From NCBI GenBank assembly GCA_044222065.1, contig JBGAOA010000035.1:1-45081 (forward strand): DNA of 45,081 nucleotides. Direction: 5' to 3'. The translations under genes and the position numbers were made by a program. The DNA comes from Candidatus Eiseniibacteriota bacterium (lineage in GTDB: Bacteria > Eisenbacteria > RBG-16-71-46). Position 1 is the first letter of the stretch; each line of letters opens with the position of its first letter. This document shows positions 9,222 to 19,356 of the stretch, piece after piece. The notes below the pieces were generated by a model, which searched no databases, was not told the DNA's origin, and worked only from the letters and a program-made list of their open reading frames with translations.

Positions 9222-11966
9222 ATGACCGACGCGCCCCGCGATCGCCCGGACCCGGACGCGCTGCTCCAGCGGCTCGACGAACGCGAGCGGCTCGAGCGCC
9301 GGGCGCGCTTCAAGATCTTCTTCGGAGCGACCGCGGGCGTGGGGAAGACGTTCGCCATGCTCACGGAAGCGCACGAGCTGCGGCGCGCCGGCCTGGACGT
9401 CGTCGTCGGCGTCGTGGAGACGCACGGACGTCCCGAGACCCAGTCGCTCCTCGACGGACTCGAACAGCTGCCGCGCCGCGAAGTCGAGTACCGCGGCGTG
9501 CGGCTCACCGAGTTCGACCTCGACGCGACCCTCGCTCGCCGGCCGGCGCTCGTGCTCGTGGACGAACTCGCGCACACGAACGTGCCGGGCAGCCGTCACG
9601 CGAAGCGCTGGCAGGACGTCGAAGAGCTGCTCGGCGCCGGCATCGCGGTCGCGACGACGCTCAACGTGCAGCACGTCGAGAGCCTGAACGACGTCGTGGA
9701 GCGGCTCACGGGCGTGCTCGTGCGCGAGACCGTTCCCGACTCGGTGCTCGACCGCGCGGACGAAATCGAGCTCGTGGACCTGCCGCCGGACGACCTGCTT
9801 CAGCGCCTCAGGGAGGGCAAGGTCTACGTGCCCGAACGCGCCGAGCGCGCGCTCCAGAACTTCTTCCAGAAGGGGAACCTCATCGCGCTGCGCGAGCTCG
9901 CACTGCGCCGCACGGCCGACCGGGTGGATGCCGAGCGCGAGTCGTGGAGCCGGATGGAGGGCGGCGCTCACGAACCGTCGACCGGCGGGCGGCTGCTCGT
10001 CGCGGTCGGCGATCCGGCCGAGGGGCCGTCGCTCGTGCGCGCCGGCCGGCGGCTCGCCGACCGGCTGCGAGTGCCGTGGGTCGTCGCGCACGTGCAGACG
10101 CCGGCATCGCTCAGGGCCGGACGCGCGGAGCGTGACCGGCTCGTGGACGTCCTCGGATTCGCCGAGGACCTCGGCGCGGAGACCGCGCTGCTCCAGGGCC
10201 AGGACGTCCCGGCGGAACTCGCCGCCTTCGCCGCCGGCCGACACGCGACGCGCGTGCTCGTCGGACGGTCCGGCCGCCCGCGCTGGTTCACCCGCGTCGC
10301 GGGCTCGGTCACCGACGCCCTCGTCGCGCGGGCACGCGATCTCGAAGTCATCGTCGCGGCCGCCGAGCGGGGCGGAGCGCCGGACGCCTCGCGCGCGGTG
10401 CCGCCCTCGCGGCGATCGGGCCCCGGGGCGTACGCGCGCGCGCTCGGAATCGTCGCCGTCGTCACCGCGCTCGCGCTCGTGCTGCGCGGGCCGCTCGAGC
10501 CGTCGAACATCGCGATGCTGTACCTGCTCGGCGTGGCGCTCGCGGCCACGACGTGCGGGCGCGGTCCGTCGGTCGCGGCCGCGATCGTCTCGGTCGCGAC
10601 GTTCGACTTCGCGTTCGTGCCGCCGTACCTCACGTTCGCGATCTCGGACGTCCAGTACCTCGTGACGTTCGGCGTCATGCTGGTCGTCGCGCTCGCGATC
10701 AGCACGCTCGCGCTGCGGCTCCGCGACCAGGCGGAACTCGCGCGCGGGCGCGAGGCGCGCACCGCGGCGCTGCACCGGCTCACGCGCGACCTCGCGGGCG
10801 TGCCCGGGAGCGAGGGCATGGGCGAGCGCATCGTCCGCGCCGTGTCCGAGACCTTCGGCGGCGCGGCCGTGCTGCTGCTCCCGGACGAGCACGGCCGGCT
10901 GTCGGTCCGCGCGGGAGACGAGCGCGTCTTCGGGCACGCCACGCACGAGGCCGGAGTCGCGCAGTGGGCATTCGACCACGACCAGCCCGCCGGGCGCGGC
11001 ACCGACACGCTGCCGTCGGCGTTCGGCCTCTACCTGCCGCTCGCGACAGGATCGGGACCGCTCGGCGTGCTCGGCGTGAGAACCGCGGATGCGGGCGAGC
11101 AGGCTCCGGATGCCCTGCGGTTCCTCCAGACGTTCGCGCGCCAGGCCGCGATCTCGCTCGAGCGCGCGCGGCTCGCCACCGCGGCGGAGCGCGCGCGCGT
11201 CGAGTCCGAAACCGAAAGAGCGCGCGCGGCGCTGCTCTCGTCCGTGTCGCACGACCTGCGCACGCCGCTCGCCGTGATCACGGGCACCGCGACGACGCTG
11301 CTCTCGCCGTCGGCCCCCGAGGCCGCGGCGACGCGGCGCGAACTGCTCGAGACGATCGCCGACGAATCCGCCCGGCTCGGACGGCTCGTCGAGGACCTGC
11401 TCGAGATGACGCGGCTCGAGGCCGGCGTCCCGCCGCGGCTCGAATGGGTGCCGATCGAGGAGCTCGTGGGCTCGGCGCGCGCACGCACGGGCGACCTGCT
11501 CGCGGGCCACGCGGTCACGGTGCGCGTCGAGCCCGAACTGCCGCTCGTCCACGTGGACGAGGTGTTGCTGACGCAGGCGATCGTCCACCTGCTCGAGAAC
11601 GCTGCCCGGCACACGCCGCCCGGCACCGCGATCGAGGTCGTCGCGCGGCGCGACGGGGGCGAGGTCGCCATCGAAGTGGCGGACCGCGGCCCCGGCTTCG
11701 CGCCGGGGCACGAGGACCGCGTGTTCGAGAAGTTCTGGCGCGCGGACGCGGCGGCCGAGGCGACGCGCGACGCGACCGCGGGCGTCGGCACGGGCCTCGG
11801 GCTCGCGATCTGCCGTGCGATCGTGGAAGCGCACGGCGGCTCGGTCGCCGCCGAGCGGCGCGAGGGTGGCGGCGCGCGGTTCACGCTGCGCGTGCCGGTC
11901 GGCGAGTCGGAGCCTGCCGCCCCGCCGGCCGAGGAGGATCGCGATGAGCGACTCGCCGGCCGCTGA
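9222..11966 (+). CDS. kdpD: Sensor histidine kinase KdpD
   Basis: KIFFGATAGVGKT Walker A, VDELAHTN, KRWQDVEELL, Usp-like domain, 4 TM helices, GAF, SHDLRTPL, GTGLGLAIC. Confidence 0.96.
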   Translation: MTDAPRDRPDPDALLQRLDERERLERRARFKIFFGATAGVGKTFAMLTEAHELRRAGLDVVVGVVETHGRPETQSLLDGLEQLPRREVEYRGVRLTEFDLDATLARRPALVLVDELAHTNVPGSRHAKRWQDVEELLGAGIAVATTLNVQHVESLNDVVERLTGVLVRETVPDSVLDRADEIELVDLPPDDLLQRLREGKVYVPERAERALQNFFQKGNLIALRELALRRTADRVDAERESWSRMEGGAHEPSTGGRLLVAVGDPAEGPSLVRAGRRLADRLRVPWVVAHVQTPASLRAGRAERDRLVDVLGFAEDLGAETALLQGQDVPAELAAFAAGRHATRVLVGRSGRPRWFTRVAGSVTDALVARARDLEVIVAAAERGGAPDASRAVPPSRRSGPGAYARALGIVAVVTALALVLRGPLEPSNIAMLYLLGVALAATTCGRGPSVAAAIVSVATFDFAFVPPYLTFAISDVQYLVTFGVMLVVALAISTLALRLRDQAELARGREARTAALHRLTRDLAGVPGSEGMGERIVRAVSETFGGAAVLLLPDEHGRLSVRAGDERVFGHATHEAGVAQWAFDHDQPAGRGTDTLPSAFGLYLPLATGSGPLGVLGVRTADAGEQAPDALRFLQTFARQAAISLERARLATAAERARVESETERARAALLSSVSHDLRTPLAVITGTATTLLSPSAPEAAATRRELLETIADESARLGRLVEDLLEMTRLEAGVPPRLEWVPIEELVGSARARTGDLLAGHAVTVRVEPELPLVHVDEVLLTQAIVHLLENAARHTPPGTAIEVVARRDGGEVAIEVADRGPGFAPGHEDRVFEKFWRADAAAEATRDATAGVGTGLGLAICRAIVEAHGGSVAAERREGGGARFTLRVPVGESEPAAPPAEEDRDERLAGR

Positions 11967-12660
11967 CGCCCCGCGCGTGCTCGTCGTCGACGACGAGCCG
12001 CCGATGCGCCGCTTCCTGCGCGCGTCGCTCGCCTCCGCCGGCTACATCGTCGAGGAGGCGGCGAGCGGCGCGGACGCCCTGCGCCTCGCGGCCTCGCATC
12101 CGCCGGACGTCGTGCTGCTCGACCTCGGCCTGCCCGATCTCGACGGCGTCGAGGTCGCGCGCCGGCTGCGCGAGTGGTCCGCCGTGCCGATCGTCGTCGT
12201 GAGCGCGCGCGGGAGGGAGCACGACAAGATCGAGGCGCTCGATGCGGGCGCCGACGACTACGTGACGAAACCGTTCGCGATCGGCGAGCTGACCGCGCGG
12301 CTCCGGGCCGCGCTGCGCCGGGCCGCGCGCACGCAGGGCGACGCCCCCGCGGCGGTCGTGACCTGCGGACCGCTCGTCGTGGATCTCGGCCGCCGGCGCG
12401 TGACGCTCGCGGGCGCCGAGGTGAAGCTCACGCCGATCGAGTTCCGCCTGCTCGCGACGCTCGCGCGCCACGCGGGCCGCGTGCTGACGCACGCGGCGCT
12501 GCTGCGCGAGGTGTGGGGGCCGGGCTCGACGACGCAGCACCACTACCTGCGCGTGTTCATGGCGCAGCTCCGGCACAAGCTCGAATCCGAGCCGTCGCGG
12601 CCGCAGCTGCTGCTCACCGAGCCCGGCGTCGGCTACCGCATGCGCGATCCCGATGCCTGA
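11944..12660 (+). CDS. kdpE: Response regulator KdpE (OmpR family)
   Basis: VLVVDDE, LLDLGLPDLDG, GADDYVTKPF, HYLRVFMAQLRHKLE, TEPGVGYR; overlaps kdpD end; GGAGGA RBS. Confidence 0.95.
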   Translation: MSDSPAADAPRVLVVDDEPPMRRFLRASLASAGYIVEEAASGADALRLAASHPPDVVLLDLGLPDLDGVEVARRLREWSAVPIVVVSARGREHDKIEALDAGADDYVTKPFAIGELTARLRAALRRAARTQGDAPAAVVTCGPLVVDLGRRRVTLAGAEVKLTPIEFRLLATLARHAGRVLTHAALLREVWGPGSTTQHHYLRVFMAQLRHKLESEPSRPQLLLTEPGVGYRMRDPDA

Positions 12661-13501
12661 GTCCGTCGCCGCCGCGCGCCCGCCCGCCGCGACGCCCACT
12701 CCGCGCCGCTACCCCTGGCGCACCGCGGCCGCGCTCGTGCTCGCGGCCACGATCACGGGGGCGCGCGCCCGGCCGGACCTGTTCGCGCTCGCGCGCACCG
12801 CGCCGCACCCGCCGCCGATCCCGCACTGGCCGGTCCCCGTGCTCGGGCTCGCGATGGCCGCGCGCAGTCTCGTCTTCGCGGGCGTCGCGACGCTCGCGGG
12901 ATTCTGGTTCGCGCGCGCGCTCGGACTCGGAGCGCCGTATCTCGAGCACCGGCTCGACGGCGCGCCGCGCCCCTCTGCGCCCCTCTCGAGCATCGTGAAG
13001 CCCGCGGTGACGTGGGCGGTCGTGACGGCGATCGTCGCGTTCGCCGTGGATGCGTTCTTCGTGCGCGCGCTCGGCGTGACGCTGCCCGCGCCCGAAATCC
13101 ACGCGCGCATCGACGTCGCGTGGTGGGAGAGCCTGCCGCCGTGCCTGTGGGCGCCGTTCGCGGAGGAGACGTTCGACCGGCTGTTCCTGCTGTCGCTGAT
13201 CGCGTGGATCCCGATCCGCCTCTTCCGGCTCTCGGGTGCGGGCCGGACCGCGGCGCTGTGGTTCGCGAACGTGGCCACTGCGCTGATCTTCGGCGTCTAT
13301 CACATCGACAACGAGGCGATGTTCGCGGATCCGGTGCCGGCGCTCGTCGCGTGGCGCACCGTGCTCATCATCCTGCCGGTGGGTCTCGCCTTCGGGTGGC
13401 TGTACTTCCGGCGGGGCCTCGAAGCGGCGATCCTGTCGCACTTCATCATCGACGTGATCGTTCACGTGTTACGCCCACTCCTGACGTCACTTGGCCGCTA
13501 G
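12653..13501 (+). CDS. CPBP (Abi/CAAX protease-like) intramembrane glutamic endopeptidase
   Basis: Multi-TM; PFAEETFDR (EExxxR), FGVYH, FGWLYFRRGLEAAILSH motifs; start overlaps kdpE stop. Confidence 0.85.
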   Translation: MPESVAAARPPAATPTPRRYPWRTAAALVLAATITGARARPDLFALARTAPHPPPIPHWPVPVLGLAMAARSLVFAGVATLAGFWFARALGLGAPYLEHRLDGAPRPSAPLSSIVKPAVTWAVVTAIVAFAVDAFFVRALGVTLPAPEIHARIDVAWWESLPPCLWAPFAEETFDRLFLLSLIAWIPIRLFRLSGAGRTAALWFANVATALIFGVYHIDNEAMFADPVPALVAWRTVLIILPVGLAFGWLYFRRGLEAAILSHFIIDVIVHVLRPLLTSLGR

Positions 13502-13624
13502 CCGGAGGACGGCCTCTGGGGGCCCTTGGGCGAGCGGGAACCCGGGAGGGGGCCGCGGCATTGTGAAGTCCGCCGGCCGTGGTGTGCCCCGGCGGCGGTC
13601 CGAATCGGGCAGGGAGGGTCCCCG

Positions 13625-14419
13625 GTGAGTCGCAGTCGCTCGAAGTCCGCTGGTCCGCCCGCGCACGTGCGCGTCGTGCCGAAGCATCACGCGCTCGTGC
13701 GCTGGTCGCACTGGCTGCACGTACCGCTGCTGCTCGGACTGCTCGCGTCGGGACTCTCCATCTATTGGGCGGCGCCGGTGTTCCGGCTTGCCGCGGCGCG
13801 GGGCGGAGAGCACGACGTGTTCGGAGCGATCGGCGCCCCGATCGCGCACGCGCTCGGCGATTCGACGCCGGCCGCCCGCAACTGGATCTACGACCACCTC
13901 GGTCTCGGCACGCGGCGGCTCGCCTTCGCGCTGCGGCTCCACTGGGCGCTCGCGTATCCGTACCTGGCGATCGGGGTGCTCTACGTGATCGGTCTCGCGG
14001 CCGGAGGCGGCTGGCGTGCGCTGATCCCGCGCCCTTCGGACGCCGCGGGCGCGCTCGCGATGCTGCGCTACTACGCGGGAGTCGTGCCGATGGCGATCCT
14101 GCGACGGCCGTGGCCGCATCCGGCCGTGCGCTCCAAGTACAACCCGCTCCAGCGCGCCGCCTATTTCACGATGCCGATCCTCGGCGCGCTCGTCGTGGCG
14201 TCGGGATGGGCGATGCACAAGCCGTCGCAGCTCGGTCTCCTCGAGCGAGCGTTCGGGAGCTACGACGGCGCGCGCGTCGTGCACTTCTTCGCGATGGCGG
14301 GTCTCGGATCCTTCCTCGTTCCGCACGTCGCGCTCGCCGTCGCGGATGGATGGGACACGCTGCGCTCGATGATCGTGGGTTGGTCCGCACGGCTCGGGGA
14401 GGCCGAACGTGAACGATGA
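13625..14419 (+). CDS. Cytochrome b (Ni/Fe-hydrogenase cyt b-like) membrane subunit
   Basis: GTG 13625 after GGGAGGG; HHALVRWSHWLH, RLHW, KYNPLQRAAY, ARVVHF...H heme-ligand pattern. Confidence 0.85.
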   Translation: MSRSRSKSAGPPAHVRVVPKHHALVRWSHWLHVPLLLGLLASGLSIYWAAPVFRLAAARGGEHDVFGAIGAPIAHALGDSTPAARNWIYDHLGLGTRRLAFALRLHWALAYPYLAIGVLYVIGLAAGGGWRALIPRPSDAAGALAMLRYYAGVVPMAILRRPWPHPAVRSKYNPLQRAAYFTMPILGALVVASGWAMHKPSQLGLLERAFGSYDGARVVHFFAMAGLGSFLVPHVALAVADGWDTLRSMIVGWSARLGEAERER

Positions 14420-15398
14420 CGCACCGCGACCGCCCGAAGCGGAAGAGATGAGCGGACCGGACGCGCCGGCCGCGGCCGCGGCTCCGGAAGTCGCGGCCGC
14501 GCCGCCCGAGCCTCCGCCGCCCGCACCCAGGCCCGGCTTCGAGGAGCGCCTCGAACCGCCCGCGCAGGCCATCGAAGCGCCGCGCGCGCGGCTCGTCGCG
14601 CAGAGCCGTCGCGACTTCCTGCTCTTCGGCGCCGGCGCGCTCGCGAGTGCCGCCGCCGCGTGGTGGTTCCTGCCCGAGTCGGTGCGCCCGAAGAAGCTGC
14701 CGCGCCCGCTGCCCGACCTGCTCGACTCCGTGGCCGCGCGCGTCGGCCTGACGCCCGAGGCGCGCGAACGCGTGCTCGACCGCGCACTGACGTTCGATGA
14801 CGACGTCGCCGAGGCGCTCTACTCGCCCGACCGCCGCGTCCGCACGTACCGGCGCTCGGACGCGACGCCGCTGCGCAACAACTATCACGGCCGCACGCCG
14901 GGTCCGGGGATCCTCGCGGGGTGGCGTCTCGAGCTGTCGGGGCTCGCGAGCGGCGGACCCGTCACGCTCGACCGCGACGCGGTGCTCGGCCGCTTCGCGT
15001 TCCGCGAGCAGGTGACGCGCCTCGTGTGCGTCGAGGGCTGGAGCGCTGTCGCGTGGTGGGGCGGCGTGCGCTTCGCGGACCTGCTCGCCGCGTTTCCGCC
15101 CGCACCCGGCGCGCGCTGGGCGGCGCTGCGCTCCGACGTGAGCCTCGATGGCGCGGGGCGACCCGAGCCCTACTTCGTGTCGCTCGACCTCGCCACGGCG
15201 CGGCACCCGCAGACGCTGCTCGCGACGCACCACGACGGACGGCCGCTCACGCTCGCGCACGGGGCGCCGCTGCGCCTCGTCGTGCCGGTGAAGCTCGGCC
15301 TCAAGAACATCAAGGCGCTCACGCACGTCGAGTACACGGCGCGCGAGCCGCGCGACTACTGGAGCGAACGCGGTTATTCGAAGTACGACGGCCTGTGA
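14409..15398 (+). CDS. Molybdopterin-dependent oxidoreductase, sulfite-oxidase/MsrP-like family
   Basis: SRRDFLL Tat-like motif + hydrophobic helix; LVCVEGWS Mo-ligand Cys; HPQTLLA; HGAPLRLVVPVKLGLKNIK; YW..RGY. Start uncertain. Confidence 0.88.
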   Translation: MNDDAPRPPEAEEMSGPDAPAAAAAPEVAAAPPEPPPPAPRPGFEERLEPPAQAIEAPRARLVAQSRRDFLLFGAGALASAAAAWWFLPESVRPKKLPRPLPDLLDSVAARVGLTPEARERVLDRALTFDDDVAEALYSPDRRVRTYRRSDATPLRNNYHGRTPGPGILAGWRLELSGLASGGPVTLDRDAVLGRFAFREQVTRLVCVEGWSAVAWWGGVRFADLLAAFPPAPGARWAALRSDVSLDGAGRPEPYFVSLDLATARHPQTLLATHHDGRPLTLAHGAPLRLVVPVKLGLKNIKALTHVEYTAREPRDYWSERGYSKYDGL

Positions 15399-15444
15399 GC
15401 GCCGCGCGTGGCGCGCGCCGCGGTGGCCGCTCTAGGATCGCGCC

Positions 15445-16380
15445 GTGAACGTCCTCGATGTCATCGGCGGCACTTCGCTCGTGCCGCTCCGCAAGCTCGT
15501 CCCGCCGGGCAGCGCCGACGTGCACGTGAAGCTCGAGTGGGAGAACCCGACGGGCAGCATGAAGGACCGCATGGCGAACGCGGTCATCGCGCGCGCCGAA
15601 GCCGACGGACGGCTGAAGCCCGGGGGCACGGTCGTCGAGTACACGGGCGGCAGCACCGGCGCGGCGCTCGCGCTCGTGTGCGCGGCGAAGGGCTACCGGC
15701 TGCGCATCGTGACGTCCGACGCGTTCGCGCGCGAGAAGCTCGACCAGATGCGGGCGCTCGGCGCCGAGCTGACGCTCGTGCCGAGCGAGGGCGGGCGCAC
15801 GACGAAGAAGCTGATCCTCGACCTGGTCGAAGCCGCGCGCGTGCTGAGCCTCGAGCCGGGCGCCTATTGGACGGACCAGCTCCGCAACTCGGACACGATC
15901 GCCGGCTACGAATCGCTCGGGGAGGAGATCTGGGCGCAGACGGCGGGGCGGGTGGACGCGTTCGTGCACTCGGTCGGCACGTCGGCATCGCTGCGCGGCG
16001 TCGCGACGGCGCTCAAGCGCCACGACGCGCGCGTCCGCGCGTTCGCGGTCGAGCCCGCCGAATCCGCGGTGCTCGGCGGCGGCGAACCCGGACCGCACAA
16101 GATCGAGGGCGTCGGAATCGGGTACACGCCGCCGCTCTGGGATCCCGCGGTCGTGGACGGCATCGAGGCGGTCGCGACCGACGAGGCGAAGGCGATGGCG
16201 CGCCGGCTCGCGCGCGAGGAGGGGCTTTTCGCCGGCACGTCGTCGGGCGCGAACGTGATCGCCGCGCTGCGGATCGCGGCGCGGCTCGGTCCGGGGCGCA
16301 CGGTCGTCACGCTGCTCGTGGACTCGGGCCTCAAGTACCTGAACACCGACGTCTACCGCCGCGAAGACGCGGCGAGCTGA
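15445..16380 (+). CDS. PLP-dependent cysteine synthase family protein
   Basis: KLEWENPTGSMKDR (PLP lysine), EYTGGSTG, SVGT, HKIEGVG, EEGLFAGTSSGAN, DSGLKYL. Confidence 0.9.
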   Translation: MNVLDVIGGTSLVPLRKLVPPGSADVHVKLEWENPTGSMKDRMANAVIARAEADGRLKPGGTVVEYTGGSTGAALALVCAAKGYRLRIVTSDAFAREKLDQMRALGAELTLVPSEGGRTTKKLILDLVEAARVLSLEPGAYWTDQLRNSDTIAGYESLGEEIWAQTAGRVDAFVHSVGTSASLRGVATALKRHDARVRAFAVEPAESAVLGGGEPGPHKIEGVGIGYTPPLWDPAVVDGIEAVATDEAKAMARRLAREEGLFAGTSSGANVIAALRIAARLGPGRTVVTLLVDSGLKYLNTDVYRREDAAS

Positions 16381-16395
16381 CGCGAACGCGTACGT

Positions 16396-18399
16396 TCAGC
16401 GCAGCAGGAAGACGCGGATCAGCGTGTCTCCGATGCCGACGAGTGCCGCGCCCGCGACGAGGCCCGCGCACACCGGCTCGTGCGTTTCGATCCACAGCCG
16501 GTGGCCGCCCGTGCCCGGGCGCTTGCGGTAGAGCGCGCCCATGACCTCGAAGAACGCCGCGCCCGCGAACATGGACATCACGGAGTCCGGCGGCACGAGC
16601 ACGCCGAGGCCGACCGCGAGCGGGCTCAGCGGGAAACGGTTGCGGGTCGCGATGCGCGCGACCTCGAGCACGAGCCCCGCGATCGCGGCGACGATCATCG
16701 AGGTCAGGATCGAGCCCGTCAGCAGTTCGCCGTGGCCGCCCGGCGCGAAGATCGAGGTCACGAGTTCGGACACGCCCTTCCACTGCACGGCGGACGGGAA
16801 GCTGAACTGGCTGCCCTCGGGCGCCATGACCGCCTGGACGTTCATGCCCGGCTTCCAGTCGGCGAGGAAGAGGACGTAGAAGAGCGGAGTGGAAGCGAGC
16901 GCGCCGGCGAAGATGCCGATCGAGTGGCCGAGCGCCTGCAGACGCGGCTTCGCGCCGAGCATGTAGCCGGGCTTGATGTCCATGAGCAGGTTCGAGGCGT
17001 TGCTCGCGACCTCGACACACATGACGCCGGTCATGAGGTTCGTCGGCGGGTGCAGCGGGTCCATGGCGCCGAAGGCGAACTGGGGGATCTTCGACAGCGA
17101 GCCCGTCGGCGTGATGCTCGTCATCGCGGTGCTGCGCGCCGCGATCAGCGTGAGGCCGATGATGAGCGGCACGGCGAGCGCGCCGAACAGCGGATGGACG
17201 CCGAACCAGTGCCACGCCATCCAGATGCCCACGCCGCCGATCACCGGGATCCCGACGTACGAGACCCACAGCGGCAGCTCGATGTGGCCGAGCACGTCGG
17301 CCGGCTTCCCGGCGGCGGCCGTGCGCTTGCGGAACAGCATGCGGAAGACGTCGGTGAACACCTGCGGCTTCGCGAACAGCGACACCATGGACGCCGTGAC
17401 CATGATCGCGATGCCCCACCACAGCGACCAGTTGTTCACGATGTGCACGCGCCCGAACGTGGCCGTGCCGTCGGCGAGCGAGCCGCTCTTCGGCACGATC
17501 TCGCCCAGCGTGATCATCCAGGGCGCCAGCACGGCGAAGTTGAGCAGCATGCCGATCAGCATGCTCGTCGCGGTGCGGATGCCCATGAGTCCGCCGGCGC
17601 CGAACATCGCCCAGTCGAGCGTCGGACGCAGTCCGAGCTGGCGGATGTCGACGCCCGCGATCGTCGGCAGCTTCGCCGCGCCCTTCTCGACGAGGTCGTA
17701 GTACCACTGGTCCAGTTCGCGCGGGAACTTCCACACCTTCGGCAGGTGCAGCAGCTTCGACTGGATCCACTTCATGTAGTTCTCGCCCGACAGGAACGAG
17801 ATGCCGCCCGCGATCGCGGCCGCCGCCCCGAGCACCCGCGCCTTGTAGAGCCCGATCGCCGCCTCGGCGGTGTAGAGCGTGTCGAGCACGACGCCGCACG
17901 CGCGCCCCTGCGGGAACGGCTGCTGCTCCTCGTTGATGAACAGGCGCTTCATCGGGAACGCGACGAGCACGCCGAGGAGCGACAACACGACGTTGAACGC
18001 GAGCATCGGGAACCACGGCATGGGCGCGTTCTGGATCCACATGTACGCGGCGATGCCCGAGATCAGGGGGCCCGTCATGTAGCCGGCGGCGGTCGCGACC
18101 GACTGCGCCGCGTTGTTCTCGAGCACGTTCATGTCGCGGCCGCCGAAGCGCGCGAACACCTTGAACAGCGCGAACGAGAGGATCACGGACGTGAGGCCCA
18201 CGCCGAGCGACCAGCCGGTCATCGCGCCGACGTAGAGGTTCGTCGCGCTCAGGATGCCGCCGAGCAGGAACCCCGTCGCCGCGGCGCGGAACGTGAGCTG
18301 CGGCAGGTCGCCACGGTAGACGTTCTCGAGCCACCAGCGGTCCTTCTGTTCCTTCGTCCAGCTCTCGATCTGCGCGTCGCTGAGGTGCGGGATCGCCAT
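16396..18399 (-). CDS. OPT family oligopeptide transporter
   Basis: ATG 18399 with GGAGG; QLTFRA, NLYVG, LENNAAQSVATAAG, DIKPGYMLGAKPR, many TM helices. Confidence 0.9.
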   Translation of the reverse strand: MAIPHLSDAQIESWTKEQKDRWWLENVYRGDLPQLTFRAAATGFLLGGILSATNLYVGAMTGWSLGVGLTSVILSFALFKVFARFGGRDMNVLENNAAQSVATAAGYMTGPLISGIAAYMWIQNAPMPWFPMLAFNVVLSLLGVLVAFPMKRLFINEEQQPFPQGRACGVVLDTLYTAEAAIGLYKARVLGAAAAIAGGISFLSGENYMKWIQSKLLHLPKVWKFPRELDQWYYDLVEKGAAKLPTIAGVDIRQLGLRPTLDWAMFGAGGLMGIRTATSMLIGMLLNFAVLAPWMITLGEIVPKSGSLADGTATFGRVHIVNNWSLWWGIAIMVTASMVSLFAKPQVFTDVFRMLFRKRTAAAGKPADVLGHIELPLWVSYVGIPVIGGVGIWMAWHWFGVHPLFGALAVPLIIGLTLIAARSTAMTSITPTGSLSKIPQFAFGAMDPLHPPTNLMTGVMCVEVASNASNLLMDIKPGYMLGAKPRLQALGHSIGIFAGALASTPLFYVLFLADWKPGMNVQAVMAPEGSQFSFPSAVQWKGVSELVTSIFAPGGHGELLTGSILTSMIVAAIAGLVLEVARIATRNRFPLSPLAVGLGVLVPPDSVMSMFAGAAFFEVMGALYRKRPGTGGHRLWIETHEPVCAGLVAGAALVGIGDTLIRVFLLR

Positions 18400-18501
18400 G
18401 CGGCCTCCGGGTCCGAGTCGGGAGCGCGAAGATAGTCGCGCGATGCGTCGCGCCTCAACCCGCGTGGACGCGAAGCGCCGCGATCCACGATAGTGCCGCG
18501 C

Positions 18502-19356
18502 ATGCGCGTCGGCACACTTACCCAGCTGTGGCGTCATCCCGTGAAGAGCATGGCGGGAGAGCGCCTCGATTCCGCCGTCGTCTCGTTCCGCGGTCTGCCC
18601 GGGGACCGCGGCTGGGCCGTGTTCGACGAGGCGCGCGGCGGCGTCACGAACGCGAAGCGCCTCCCCGCGCTTCGCCGCTGCCGCGCGCGCTACCGCGTCG
18701 CGCCCGAAGCGGGCGCGGCGTCGCCGCCCGTCGAGATCGCGCTGCCGGACGGCGCGATCGTCGCGAGCGACGCGCCCGGGGCGCCCGCGCGGCTCAGCGC
18801 GGCGCTCGGCCGCGCGCTGTCGCTGCGCGCGCTCGGTCCCGCGGGCAGCGACAGCGCGCCGCGCGTCACGCTCGAGGGCGAGAGCGAGGAGACGGTGCGC
18901 GCGCTCATGGGGCTCGAACCCGGCGAGCCGATGCCGGACCTGAGCGCGTTCCCGCCCGAGAAGCTACGGTTGCTCCGGCAGGGAAACTTCTTCGACGCGA
19001 TGCCGCTCCACGTCCTCACGGATCGGACGCTCTCAACGCTCGCCGCGATCGCGCCCGAGTCCGAGTGGGACGTTCGCCGCTTCCGGCCGAACCTGTTCGT
19101 GGCCGCGGACGGCGGCGACGGATACCCCGAGATGCGCTGGATCGGGCGCCGCCTGCGCGTGGGCGGCGCCGTGCTGCGCGTCGTCACCGGCTGCCCGCGC
19201 TGCGTCGTCGTGACGCAGGCCGCGGACGATCTGCCGCACGACCCGCGCGTAATGCGCACCCTCGTGCGCGAAGCGGCGCACACGGCGGGCGTGTACGCGG
19301 AAGTGGTGGAGGAGGGGGTCGTGCGCCCCGGCGACGAGGTCGTCGCGCTCGACTGA
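18502..19356 (+). CDS. MOSC domain protein
   Basis: LWRHPVKSMAGE, GDRGWA, FFDAMPLH, RRFRPNL, CPRCVV, GVYAEVVEEGVVRPGD. Confidence 0.9.
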   Translation: MRVGTLTQLWRHPVKSMAGERLDSAVVSFRGLPGDRGWAVFDEARGGVTNAKRLPALRRCRARYRVAPEAGAASPPVEIALPDGAIVASDAPGAPARLSAALGRALSLRALGPAGSDSAPRVTLEGESEETVRALMGLEPGEPMPDLSAFPPEKLRLLRQGNFFDAMPLHVLTDRTLSTLAAIAPESEWDVRRFRPNLFVAADGGDGYPEMRWIGRRLRVGGAVLRVVTGCPRCVVVTQAADDLPHDPRVMRTLVREAAHTAGVYAEVVEEGVVRPGDEVVALD

